Assembly (NCBI GenBank): GCA_030264375.1
Contig: JASCQW010000081.1
Coordinates: 58,473,392 to 58,537,391 of the forward strand
From: Carcharhinus longimanus
Lineage: Eukaryota
Direction of reading: 5' to 3'
DNA length: 64,000 bases
This document shows positions 14,466 through 28,919 of the stretch, one piece after another. Under the pieces are notes generated by a model, which saw nothing but the letters and a program-made list of their open reading frames with translations, was not told the DNA's origin and did not search any database. Position 1 is the first letter of the stretch, and the number at the start of each line of letters is the position of its first letter. Both the position numbers and the translations under genes were made by a program.

Positions 14466-14653
14466 CTAAAAATAAAATTAAAAGCTGCAGTTAATTACAC
14501 TGGAATTTTTATTTAAACATTTAAGACAGTGTACTGTTCATAAAAGAAAATCCAAGCTCATGAACCAATTAGCTGTAATTGTCAAGTACTTGCAGTAGCA
14601 AATATGCCGGGACATTTAGACACAATGGGCCAAATGGTCTTCTGTGCCATAAC

Positions 14654-14875
14654 AATTCTGAGATTTTGGGACAACATGTTAAATCATATTGCTTAGATTG
14701 CATTTATAACTCTACTCACTACTAATTATTCCCTTTTCAGAACCATGGAAACATTTAATCCCATCATGTTACTATTGTATTAGTTTTGTCAACATTTCAT
14801 TTATGACTGGGAGAAAAAAAACGTGATCTGATTTGGAATGGGCTAGAGCTCTTCAGCTTATACCACCTCAGAAGG
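14654..14875 (+). repeat. Direct duplicate of 12352-12580
   Basis: Aligns end to end with 12352-12580. Confidence 0.92.
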
Positions 14876-15064
14876 GTTGGTTCAGTGTATAGCTAATCAA
14901 TCGGAGAAAATATTGGTCTACAGAGGATATTGTAAATGGGAATTCTTCACTGCATATTATTTTTATATTATTAATGTCTATAAGGTGATTTGCAACAAAG
15001 ACTACGAAACATTTTTCACAATTTCTGGTGCTATATTGATAGTGTTGAAATACATATATCTTAC

Positions 15065-15319
15065 TTTTGCATTGTAAAGAATGAGGAGCCCTCAGGATAG
15101 GAGGATGCATTCCCTGTGCTTGGTTTACTTGTACACTGGCTTGAGCCATCAGGCAATCCCGAACGTTGTTGATTAATTTCAAGTGGTGTTGAAAAATTAG
15201 TGGCTGAAGAACCATTTTGTACATTTAGTTGGTTTCCATTACACTGTTGGTTAGGAGACTGTGCCTCAGTGCTAAGATTATCCATTCCTAGGTTTAATTC
15301 TTCTAGCTTTTGCATTGAT
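15065..15319 (-). CDS. WDR47: WDR47 coding exon (SMQKLEELNLGMDNLS...SSFFTMQ)
   Basis: ORF 15061..15342; tttaacag| acceptor, AA|gtaag donor; 255 nt, phase 2-2. Confidence 0.93.
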
Positions 15320-15416
15320 CTGTTAAAAAAGACAAAAATCAAATTATATCATCTAGTTTACTAAATAAACAGCAATTTTTAAAATGTTCTATTATATAAA
15401 TTTATGACAGATATTT

Positions 15417-15745
15417 GGGGGTCAGCTTAGCTCAGTTGGTCCATGATGCAAAGTGCTCATGCAACAAATTGTACTCATGCAACAACATGAGTACAATTCC
15501 CTTACGCACTGAGGTTATTCATGAAGGGCCACTATCTCAACCTTACCCCTCGCCTAAGATGGGTTCTCAGGTTAAATCATCATCAGTCAGCTCAGGTTAA
15601 ATCATCATCAGTCAACTCTCCCCTCAAAGCAGGGAGCAGTCTATGATGTGTAGATAAGAACAATTGGTTCAATAAAAGACAGTCTTGGGTTTCTATCGTG
15701 TTTTTCACAAATGGTCATCTGGGACTATGGTGACTTTACTGTTAC
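15417..15745 (+). mobile_element. tRNA-headed SINE-like element of a different family, with an internal ~25-bp tandem duplication
   Basis: A-box-like tagctcagttgg; ctcaggttaaatcatcatcagtca occurs twice; tail ctgggactatggtgactttact. Confidence 0.55.
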
Positions 15746-15808
15746 AGATATTCATGCTGACTATTATGTTGTATTTCACAAAATCTTCATAGAAACAGAT
15801 TTTCTTTA

Positions 15809-16081
<273 letters not shown>

Positions 16082-18006
16082 CTACGAGATAAAGAAAATT
16101 AATAACTAAATTGTTTGCAGTTATAAGAAAACTGCATAAATTTATTCAACTTTTGCTTTAGATTTCAGTATACTGAAACAAAATCACATGCCTAGTATTG
16201 TGAACTGCATACAGTCATTCTGTCAAGAAACCCAATTTGTAGCTTTGTATTTTATAACAAGGAAGTGGCACTTCTAATAACATTCAGTGTCCAGCAAGAT
16301 CAGAAAATATGGACCCTGAGAAATTATCTTGACTCATTCAAACTACTCCTTCCAACAAAGACAGACTCTAAGCGATCTATTTATCCCTTGAGAAACGAAA
16401 AAATGAAGCAAAGCTTCTTCAAAAAGTCCACTAATAGTTAAGTGAATGTGAACCAGCAAGGCCCCAGATACTGATCTAGACCGCGTTACCCTTAGTTGGC
16501 ACATCAGAAGGGGAAAACAATTGGGCTTTTGGGACAGGAACCTCAGTTTAGGAATGCTGTCAGAAATGTGCATCGATGTTGGCTCATAGAAGGAATAGGC
16601 TCAACCATGACGATCCAAAATAATTTGCTAACATTCATCCCCTGGATTCACATTTGTTGATGTACCCATACGAGATGCTTGAGGTTTAATGCCTCTCATG
16701 TAATGTGGAGAAATTTCAATTTCTGAAATAGCGAAGAAAATGAAAACATAAATACGGGACAGAACTTTTCAGCCATTCATGCCACAGGATCTTGTGGTTC
16801 CGCTGACAGTGCATGCCCATCATAGGTTTCATGGGAGCAAAAGGTGGATTCCACAGGAAACTTCATTAAAAAAGAAGTGGGTCCAGAAGATCTTGCCGCT
16901 GGTCACTGCCATGAAACTTGCAGCAGGGGCTGGTGGAAAATTCCACCTATGCTGTTTGTTTGGAAATTTTACCCTTCTTTCTTTAGAAGCGAAAAACTTG
17001 TGAATATTTGCAACCCTTAGTTGTGCTTCAAAATTAAAAGACATTCAAAAGTTAACACTATAGGATTTTTTTAAAGGGATAATAAGCAAGCCCATTACTG
17101 TCATCATTATGCAAAATGCAGCACATAATAATCAATAGCATTTCCCAGAAACAAAGCCCAAGTTCTTCACAACACAGTTCAGAATAATTGAATAGTACAG
17201 TCCAGTCTGCTTAATGAGATAACTGACCAAATGGACCATATGTACAACAACGATAGGGGAACTTCCCTTATACACTTATAATCATATCAAATAGTTTTGA
17301 AAACATTTGAAATTATCTTTAAACATACTTTAATTTCATTGCACTATGATTTTTAAAAACTAAATTAGCATTCTGAACTAATTTTTCTTTACGATTGAAT
17401 CATGTGATTACTTTTCTAACTATTGCCAAATTAGTGAACCTGCAAGTCAAACAAATTACTAATGAACAATATTAAGCAGCTTGAGATAGGCTATTGGGAA
17501 TTGGAGAATTTGGCGCTGTCATAATGTTTAAAATGAAATTATTGGGTGGAGCACAGATCATTAGCTCAATGTTTAATTGGAGATATGAATGATTAATATT
17601 ATTGATGCCAAGGTAGGCAAATAGAGGAAAAAAAGATCACTCCTGCTTGCTAGAAATTTCTCCCAAATGATCTGCATCAGAGGATCCTTTACAATTTATT
17701 TCAAGCTCCACACCTTTTTTATTGACCAGACTCACACAATGAAAGCAGTTTGCAATGTCACTCAATTACAGGATTATAACTTGTAACAAACAGATTAATG
17801 ATCAACAGTTCAGCGTTTTCCTAACCAGAAACCTCTGACACTTACTCTTGAAACCACAGTGCTTAAGTTTTATTGTTTGGAAAATGACAAGCAGTCATAG
17901 CGTATCTATGCAGGCACTTATTTTTGTCTCTGAACAAAAATTCCAAGATATGGGTTAAAGAAAATACCTCAAAAGATAATATTAATATAATAAATTTAAC
18001 ATTCAC

Positions 18007-18145
18007 CTCATTATTTTCCATTTTCGTGGTGGCTGCATTTGGTGCTACTTCTATGGAGTTAACAAGTGATGCTCCATCCCGAATCAAAGTTTCACTGTTA
18101 CCACTATTAGAAGAATGCTGAATTCTGGGCACTGGGGAATCTGTC
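18007..18145 (-). CDS. WDR47: WDR47 coding exon, linker (TDSPVPRIQHSS...TTKMENNE)
   Basis: ORF 17863..18213; tcttatag| acceptor, GAG|gtgaat donor; 139 nt, phase 2-0. Confidence 0.9.
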
Positions 18146-19926
18146 CTATAAGACATGGTGAAGAAGTGGAGAGAAAATGAAAAAGGAATTGAATGATCAA
18201 AATAATTAATCAATTATAATAATTACTTTTAAAGAACATGGAAAAACGAAACAGGGAGATAGGAATTATTCCGCTCAAAAGCATTATTTATGCTTTGTAT
18301 CCAAAAGATTTTCATCCTGACAAAAATCAAAAGATTACACTAAATTTAGAATCCTTAGAGGTGAATAAAATTTAAACCTGTATGTCAGAGTGGAGAAATA
18401 GATACAATCTAGTCATGCAACCATCACATGGAAAATGGAACTGGCACAGCATACTGAAAAGCCAATTTCCCATGCTGAACATTCCAAGTGATAGAAATCA
18501 CATCACAGTTGGAGGCAAGTGCTTTGAAAAGTATGCATTTTTCCAATGTTTTGATTTTACTTCAGAAAGGGGATTTTAATTTTCATAACGATTGGGAAAG
18601 CCAATTAGTGTATCAGAAAGGTAGTGAACTTCTTAGTTGCCTGTGATAGTTTTCCACTGTAATAGTTCTTAGATCCTACAAGGGAACAAGTCATATTAGA
18701 TTTATTTAAGAGCAATGAGCCAGATTTAGCTAACAGCTTAATGGTCTTTACTTAATAGTGTTGAATATATATGTTTCATAACATACATTCAGGGTTCGAA
18801 TACACATCCAAGGCTTTCAAAATCTGTTGTCTTTTTCCTTTGCTTGCCTGATTTAGGGTAATTTACCCCAGCAGTCTATCCCCAACAGTGTTAATAGTGT
18901 TGCTACCCATATCATTTCAGGATTGTTTATTTAAATCTTTTGAAATTTCAGTTTTGCCATAGTAACTGGAAAAACTGGAAGTTTTGTCATGCATCATTTT
19001 TCAATTGGACTGGAGATGAGATTAGAAAATTTACTGCAGTCACTCATTCAGTATTTACTTCCTTTGTTTTGCAGTCAGTAATGTCATTTGCAGCCTGTGC
19101 GCGCTTTTCTTTTGGTTTCTTGCAGACTGTTTATCTTTTCAGCAGCTATTTTGTAGNNNNNNNNNNNNNNNNNNNNNNNNNNNNNNNNNNNNNNNNNNNN
19201 NNNNNNNNNNNNNNNNNNNNNNNNNNNNNNNNNNNNNNNNNNNNNNNNNNNNNNNNNNNNNNNNNNNNNNNNNNNNNNNNNNNNNNNNNNNNNNNNNNNN
19301 NNNNNNNNNNNNNNNNNNNNNNNNNNNNNNNNNNNNNNNNNNNNNNNNNNAACCTGTCACCTGGGTTCTCAATGTCTCTTCTGCTCCTTTTGAAAGTTTC
19401 AAAAATCTATTTCTTTCACTCTCTGTCAATGTTCAATTCTAAGGACAGGGGTCTTCATTACTATATTTCAGACAGGATTTTACTGAACTGATCTTGAGAT
19501 GTCTGCCTCATGACAGGGACGCATAACTACAGAAAGCCTGAGATGTCAGACTGGTTACATTTCAAAATCCAAAAAGATGACATGGTGGGAGGGAGGAGGG
19601 CAAGAGAACAAACACTTTAGGGTCTGAAAGGAGTTGAAAAATCACCTTCAAATGCATTTATCTTGTGATTTGCAGAAGAAACAACCAAAAGTAAATTCCT
19701 TCCCTATCCAGGATTCAAACTCAGGTTTTTCACATGAGCATTTTTTCGTTCTCACCAGTTCTAGCTACTTGCCTGGAAAATGAGTTTTTACTTCACTGCA
19801 CCATTCCTATGATTGCCTCCTAATTAACCAGTTCACCTTCTTTCCATATAACAAACAGTATGTTAGGAAAGTATAAATAGTCACTTGGTAGTACAGAACT
19901 TGAGTATTGCTGACAAAGAGACATGC

Positions 19927-19959
19927 TGTCAAACCTTTCATCTTGCACTCATCAGGACA
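19927..19959 (-). ncRNA. Minimal type I hammerhead ribozyme-like motif, probably decayed
   Basis: Minus strand TGTC-CTGATGA-GTGCAAGAT-GAAA-GGTTT-GACA: complementary stem I flanks and intact CUGAUGA/GAAA boxes. Confidence 0.55.
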
Positions 19960-20199
19960 ATGCAAGAATGCCAATTTTCAAAGAGACTAGCTATTTATAA
20001 TGCCCGAGTCAATCCTGATGAGTGCAAGCCAAAAGGCTTTAATACTATACAACTTCATCAAGAAATCTAAACATTAAAACATAGATGATAAAAATGTTTA
20101 GTGGACTGTTCTAAACTTTAATGGTATATTTACTGTAACACATTACAAGACATGAAAGTTAATCCAAAACGTTTTATCTAAAAAGTAAACATATAATTA

Positions 20200-21105
<906 letters not shown>

Positions 21106-21458
21106 TCATAATGCTAGAAGCAATATCCTTCTGAACAGAAGATCCAAACCAAAATCCTAATTTTATTTTAAACATTCATGCTCTGCCCATTTTTATTGCA
21201 ACTTTTACTTGTTTGGGATTGGACTGAGGAAAAACATGTTGAGGGGGAAAAAAATAAATGAAAAACAAAGGAGAAGCGTGTCAACACCAAGGTTACAAGA
21301 ATATTAATAACTAAATGATCAGTAAATGATCAGGAGAGATACTAAAAGCACATGCAGGCAGTTACATTTGAGCCTGGTGTTAAAAATAATTAATTTGCCA
21401 TTTCTAGCATTTTGCCTTGCTGTACAGAATTCCACACAAGGACAAATTCATTAGTTCA

Positions 21459-21560
<102 letters not shown>

Positions 21561-21939
21561 TCAGATTAACTAGATCAAATAATTTTCTGCTCTTTCAAAA
21601 TGGTTAACAATAAGTGGAGGTGTTATGACACATTCTCACAATATAACTAAGAAATTATTGGAAGTCAGGTCATAAATGAGATATAACATAGGATTAATAG
21701 GCTACAATTTTTCCATTATAAAAATGCTTTCATACATGTAATCACTAGCTATAATTTTAAACAGTAAATTTCTAATACCAAATATTCAAAGCTGTGAAAT
21801 TTCAATGCCTCCTTCAGCTTCCATCTACTTCTACACAACCTTTTTAATTGAAAGTTGATTGATCTGCTAGTTAGCCTGACGACAACATATATTATTCACA
21901 TACGATGAACACAAGTCAAAAGAATCAAGTGCAAAAACA

Positions 21940-22080
21940 GAAACAGGTGACGACTGGTCATCCTGACTTGAAACATTGGCTCTATTCTCTCACTCTGCAA
22001 ACGCTGTTAAACCTGCTGAGATTTTCCAACAGTTTTCTGTTTTTATTTCAGATTCCAGCATCTGCAGTATTTTGCTTTTC
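21940..22080 (+). mobile_element. Penelope-associated terminal repeat
   Basis: aacctgctgagattttccaacagttttctgtttttatttcagattccagcatctgcagtattttgc. Confidence 0.7.
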
Positions 22081-22311
22081 TAAAAGAATCAAGTAACTGA
22101 CTCATTTGCAAGAATAAATATTAAATCGTAATTGTGAGGTGCAGAGAGAATAATTAGATCATATTATAAATAAACACAGTTGAGTAATCCAGTTGATTTT
22201 TTGAGAATGCTGTTCAAGCTTTTTCTTAAAAATTACATATGGATTGAAAATTTGGTATCAAGTTCTAACCATACTGCAAACAGTCACCATAAATCATTGA
22301 TTGATCTTCAC

Positions 22312-23081
22312 TGTGATTTGTTGTTTCTTTTTAACAGAAACCAAAACCAAGAGCCTGAAGTGCTAGTTTTAAATGTTAAAAGGCTTGAATAAAATAAAGA
22401 TTTAAGAACTGGAAAAAATTGAATTGAATAAAGAGTGTGGCTGCCTGGAAGGTTTTTTGAGATGCAAATTAGCTTAGCAACAGGGTAAACATATTTGGAG
22501 AATAAGAATATAGAATTTTAAGTGTTAAAACTAAAGAAGAAATGAATTCAAAGTTAAGACATAAGAAAGCATGGCTTCTAAGACAACTTATAACATAGAA
22601 TGAGATCGAAAGGAAAATATGATATATTAGTAGCAGGGATAGCTCTGTAAAAGGAGGAAAAGCAATTGGTGAGCCTTTATGATCATAGCCAAGCCCATTT
22701 GGAAAGAGAAGCTCTCCCAAAAGCAGGATTCTGATGTTTGAAAGCCCTATGCTGTATCAGGAGAAAGGCTTCCCAAAATTAAAGACACAACTTGTGGGTG
22801 GTAACTTTTTTGCTGGATTTAGTTTAAGAGTTAAACAGCGTGGAATGTTGTTTTGAGACAAGAGACATTTCTCAGAGTTTAGGAACATGATAGATATGGA
22901 ATGAAGTTAATTCACAGAGCCATTATTGTAGTTAAGTATACTTTTGTTTTGTGGCATGGCCTTCCTTGCTGTATGTCACATTATACTAAGCTGAAAAATA
23001 AATGATTAAGAACCAATGTTCCAAGTTGCCCTTTTGAATTTTGGGATACCCTTGCATTTATCGTCAGCTGGGTTCTTAACA
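22312..23081 (+). mobile_element. Possible solo LTR
   Basis: TG...TAACA ends, internal AATAAA and LTR-like composition; no clean TSD found. Confidence 0.3.
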
Positions 23082-23405
23082 CAAATGATCAGCTACATCA
23101 ACCTACAACCACAAGAGCAACAAGCTGCAATTTTAGTGCTGATTTATAATTAACTAATTAGTCTTAGTCTTATTCTTCTTTTCAATTAAAATTGACAAGA
23201 GCCATCAATAGCCCTGTTTCAAAATTCAGAAATGGTAACAGGGCTCAACCAGATAGTGTAGGCAAGTGAAAGAGCAAAACAGTCATCTGGACCTGCTAAT
23301 TAATTGCTCTTGTGTAAATGAACCTGTTTTCAAAACAAATGAAGATGAATATTGCTTTGAGCAACTGTGTCCATGGTAGATATCTGAAATGCAAGGATAT
23401 TGTTA

Positions 23406-23579
<174 letters not shown>

Positions 23580-24152
23580 TCAAAGGTGAAATACTACATT
23601 GTTTAAAATGGCACAATCCAAGTTTACATTTTCATATCAAACCTAGCAAAGAAGTTAATGCAAATGTGACTATAGGGAAATGAAAAGTTACTATAAGGTA
23701 GCTCTGACTATTTCTTTATTTTGCACTCTGTATATTGGTAGATTCTTCTGAAGGCTCAGCATGTTTATTCAGTGAGAAGTTGAATCATCTTTACCATGTT
23801 TATTCCAAGTTAGATCCCTACTCTTCAGTGGCATTAGATGGAGCAATGGTAGGGGAACTACCACTGGTTTTATAGCCTCAATTCAGATTGCAGAACGTGA
23901 CAGGATCCTTCTTTTGTATATGATTGAATAATCCCTGCTAGAAGTCCATGTGTTTCAAGGAGGACAAGACTATGCTAAGTTAAAATGTTTATTGTAGTCA
24001 AGTGACGCGATTGCACGGATTGTGAGAGTTCAACACAAGTAATAAACATTCTGACAAATTACTGACGATGCCTGTTGTCCATAGAACCTTACCTCAGAAA
24101 GAAGACAACTATGTCAAGAGAGGACAGAAAAAGGAAAAAGTGGCAAAACAAA

Positions 24153-24785
24153 GGGCCCGATTTTACCAAAAATTTGCCCCTGTTTTCAGATGTGAAATCG
24201 TGGTAAATTCGGGCCTCGGGCCTGTAACGCGATCTGCACCTGAAACCGAGCAGATCGTGCCTTTACCTGCACCCAATCTGGGTGCCCCAAGTGGGTGGCC
24301 CGATGATTTAAACGCATTAGCATGCATTTAAAATCGACTTAATGAACCACGCGCCCAACTCTACCGCCAAATCCCATTTTACTGTCTTTGAATCCGTGCT
24401 GCTATCCACCTGCAGGAAAAAAATCCGAAGGATTCCTGTTTTGCAGGGGAACCTCCGAAGCCCATCCTCCTTGAACACCCTTCGCAGTCCAACGCCGGTA
24501 TCTCCACATCAACAAGGGCAGGTCAGAAGGATGGTGGAGGGACAGCAGCAATCGAGGTAATTGGGAGCGGGTCTGCCGAGAAGGGACCTGCCTCCGATTT
24601 TTTTCAAACTGCACAAGTGTCGTTCACAGCTCCAACTGTTCCAGCAGCATTAAGCCATACCCCACAGCGCAGACCAAACCGGAGCCGACAAAAAGCGCAT
24701 GGGCGCGCTGGAATGGGGATTCCGGGCTCGGATCTGTTTTATGTCCAGATCCGGCACTTAGCCTCCGAATGGTAAAATCTGGCCC
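24153..24785. mobile_element. PIF/Harbinger-type MITE with intact ends
   Basis: TIRs GGGCCCGATTTTACCA / TGGTAAAATCTGGCCC; 3-bp flanks AAA/AAA; CpG-rich, so likely young. Confidence 0.82.
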
Positions 24786-26280
24786 AAATTTATTGAAAAA
24801 ACAATTTCAATAAATAGATTATGTTAAAACTTGTTGGTGTCTGCCTCCTATTACCAAAAGACTGGTGCACATCATTTTTCATTTTGTGCACAGGAATTGT
24901 CATCTACTGAAGTTAAAAAGTCAAATTTACTTGAATGTACACCACATTAAATATGCATCGATCGTCACTTTTGTTGGATTTGGCAAAGACTTCATCTCAT
25001 TAAATTCCAGTATCAACATTATCTGTGGACAATGAGTCCTCGTCTCCAACTGTGTTGGATCTCCATAGATGCCTAGTTAAATGGGATAAGTTGATCCAAC
25101 TAGTTTAAATTAGTATTTTGATGACTGCCAATTCATGTCCAATGTCAAATACACATGTTGGAAACTTGTAATCTTCATCTCTAGCAGATGATCCTGTTGA
25201 ACCAACCCCCTGTGGTTGCAACTGGCATTTTGATAGTCAAATCAGCTATCAGCCAGAAACTCAGTCCCATAATGGTAGTGGTTAAGTTGCCCCTGGTTGC
25301 CAGGTACCACATAACACAAATATAAAAGGTATATTTGCACTTTGTAAAGAAAAGAAGCCTACTTGTGAAGTCACAGTGAATTGTATTATACAGTATTACA
25401 GGTGCAAAAATTGACAAACAGAGGCAACAGACTGTTAAGTGCTTGCTGGGAAAGATAGGCTTTGGAACACAGCAGAATTTGGTTCAGCCAATTCTGGAAG
25501 ATTTCAAGAGCTGCAAAACTGGATCTTACAGAATTGATTCCATTTTAATGACAAAGAGCTCTTGAAGTTTACGATTATAGCTTCATTCGGATCAATTTGA
25601 GTGGAGAAGGCTTCAAGGAAAGAGTTCCAGCCTAACTGGCATTTCCACAGCTTTTATGAACAGAGTGGATCAAACAGTTGTCTTTCACCTCTGGAGCCTG
25701 GGCTCAAATCCATCACAGACTGATGAACATAACAGCATAAGAGCCGGAAAGGAAGAGCATTGCTAATATTCTATCTCAACGCCATCCATCTCCATATATC
25801 TTTATACCCAAAACATTATCTGCCTCTGTCTTGAATATTCAATGACTGGACATCCATAATTCACTGGAGTAGAAAATTTCAAAGATGCTCAATGTTTTTG
25901 GGAAAAGAAATTTGTCCTCTCAGTTCCAAATGGCCAAATCTTGATTCCAAGACTGCAACCTCATGTTCTAGATTTCCCAAGCCAGTGGAAACATTTTCTC
26001 AGCATTGTGTGTCAAGATCCTTATAAATTATGTTTGCTTCAATTAGATCAACTTCAATTCTTCTAAACTCCAGGGAATATAGGTCTAATTTACTCAATCC
26101 CTTTACACTGGACAATCCTCTCACACTAGGAGCCATCTACTAAAGATGCCTGATGCTCTACCTTGAGTAAGGAGACTAGAACTGCACACTGGTACTCCAG
26201 GTATGGCTTCACTAATATTCTGTACAAATGTAGTAAGACATCTTTAATCATAATTCTTTTGTATCAAAAACTCTCAAACC

Positions 26281-26583
26281 TTTAAAAAATTTTAGTGTCA
26301 CAAGTAGATTTACATTAGCACTGCAATGAAGTGCTGTGAAAATCCCCTAGATGCCACACTCCGGTGTCTGTTCAAGTACATTGAGGAAAAATTTAGCATG
26401 GCCAAAACACCTAACCAGCACGTCCTTCAGACTGAAGAGGGAAACCGGAACACCCGGAGGGAACTCATGTAGACACAGGAAGAACGTGCAGACTCCACAC
26501 AGACAGTGATCCAAGCCAGGAGTTGAACCCAGGTCCTTGGCACTGTGAGGCAGCAGTACTAACTTCTGTGTACCATGCCGCCC
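26281..26583 (-). mobile_element. HE1-like SINE, full length, tail type B
   Basis: Head gggcggcatggtacacag, B-box ggttcaactcc, tail tgtgacactaaa. Confidence 0.88.
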
Positions 26584-26715
26584 CATCTGCCTTCCTAACT
26601 ACTTGATAAACCTCTAAGTTAATTTTCTGTGATGCGCATACAAGGGCACCAAGGTCATTCTGAATGCAAGCATTTCCCAGTCTTTTAATTTCAATTTTTT
26701 AAGTTTGATCTTTTT

Positions 26716-26792
26716 TATTTTTAATCTTTTAAATTTTTTTAATCTTTTAAATTTTTTTAATCTTTTAAATTTTTTTAATCTTTTAAATTTTT
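26716..26792 (+). repeat. 18-bp tandem repeat (AATCTTTTAAATTTTTTT) x4
   Basis: Units start at 26723, 26741, 26759, 26777. Confidence 0.9.
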
Positions 26793-27209
26793 CCTACCAA
26801 AATAATTAACTTCACACTTTGCCTTTTCCTGAAGAGTTCCACATGAATGATTGTAGGAAGTCTCAATTTGGTTCCTAGTGGTCATGAATTTATAGCACAA
26901 AGGTGTTCCAAGTTCACCACAAAATTGCAGTCTCACTCAGACAAAGATTTGGTACACAATTTTGAAAAATATAGTTACACTAGTTTCAGTACAGGATATT
27001 CCCGGGGTTAGGGAACAGCACAGCAAGCTTTGCTGTTAATAGACCAGCAGCTTATACAATAACAACCTCTGTCAATTGCTTAAAGATTGAGAAGTCTCAA
27101 GTTCCATTTTGATGCCGCAAATGACTTCAAGAGAATGTTCTGGAACTAACACTCTCAAACAAGGGAATTAGAAGAAAGATATATCCCCAATATTGAATAA
27201 TAAAATAGT

Positions 27210-27500
27210 AAACCAAAAGCAAAATGTTGTAGGTGCTAGAAATCTGAAATAAAAACAGAAAATGTTGGAAACACTGAGCAATATATGAAACATGTTCCAG
27301 GTCAATGACCTTAAAACAGGAAGATCTTAGCAAGTAAGAGCTTTGAAGCAAGCACAGTACCAAGCAAAAGGAGGGTGGAAAAGAACAAAGCCAAAGCACT
27401 GAGGGCAGGAGTTATTAAATAACAAAAGGTGATGAGGGTGCAAAGCAAATAAAAGGACAAATAAATGAACAAAAGAGGAGTCTAACGGGGATGTAAATTA
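27210..27500 (-). mobile_element. Penelope-associated terminal repeat
   Basis: Reverse complement of the shared tail; aggtcattgacct hairpin retained. Confidence 0.65.
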
Positions 27501-27542
27501 TTACAGCAGAATTTAACATTTATATTTAAAAATGTAACTTCA

Positions 27543-27854
<312 letters not shown>

Positions 27855-28647
27855 TTATAAATTCCAGCCTTTCTAGTTCTGCAAAGTAAGCAGTTTTTAA
27901 TTAGAACGTGGAAGGTAGACAGATTTCTCCAATAGACAACACAGATTTTCAAAATGTAAAAAATGTTTTCAAAATATCCTGTATGTACACAAATATAAAA
28001 ATTTTTAAATCAAATTTCCACTTTATTGTATAATATGCACTTTCATTTGTGACATAACTTTTTTTTAAAAAAAAGAGCATATTTTTGTCAGAGGAATTCT
28101 GACAGCTGTTAAATACTGCAGACTTCATTACTATTGCAGAAGCACCAGCAATAATGCAAACATTTCAACAACCATCCAGCTATAGTATTACGTGTGACAC
28201 AGTGTGTACCTTTAGCATCCAACCCAACACATATCCACATCAAAATATTGCATTTGAAATGTTTCAATGTTATAGCAGTAAAAGTTGTGATGCAAACTTC
28301 TCTCCAAGAAATCTATACAATCCATTAATTCTACAAATAGTTATTGAATGCATTAGTGTCACTATTGCAATAAAAATATCTGCATATTTAGGCACTGAAA
28401 AATGATAGGTAGCTTGACACATCTGAATATTACAGTACGGGCGGATGAATATTCAAGTCTTCTACTCTGCTGAGTTAGGCATATCACTTTATTTACTCCC
28501 CTCTCCCCACAAGATGTGGGTGTTGTCTACCCCATCCCTAATTGATCTTGAAAAAGGTGGTGGTGAACCACCTTCTTGAACCGCAGCAGTTCACATGGCA
28601 CAGGTATAGCCACAGTGCCTGTCCAGTCACTCTCTTGGGCCTCAAAT

Positions 28648-28919
28648 CAAAGTTTATTATTGTCACAAGTAGGCTTAGATCAACCTTGCAATGAAGTTAC
28701 TGTGAAAATCCCCTAATCGCCACATTCTGGTGCCTGTTCAGGTACAGTGAAGGAGAATTTAGCATGGCCAATGTACCTAACCAACACATCTTTTGTAATA
28801 TGGGAGGAAACCCACGCAGACACAGGGAAAACTTGTAAATTCCACATAGACAGTGACCCAAGCTGGGAATTGAACCTGGGTCCCTGGAGTTGTCAGGCAG
28901 CAGCGTTGACCACTGTGCT
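28648..28919 (-). mobile_element. HE1-like SINE, tail type B
   Basis: Same core and tail as 26281-26583. Confidence 0.85.

Larger units (their letters stand above)
25735..26820 (-). mobile_element. Decayed CR1-like LINE interrupted by a SINE
   Basis: Reverse-strand RT remnant (gaactgcacactggtactccagg) on both sides of the SINE at 26281-26583. Confidence 0.7.
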
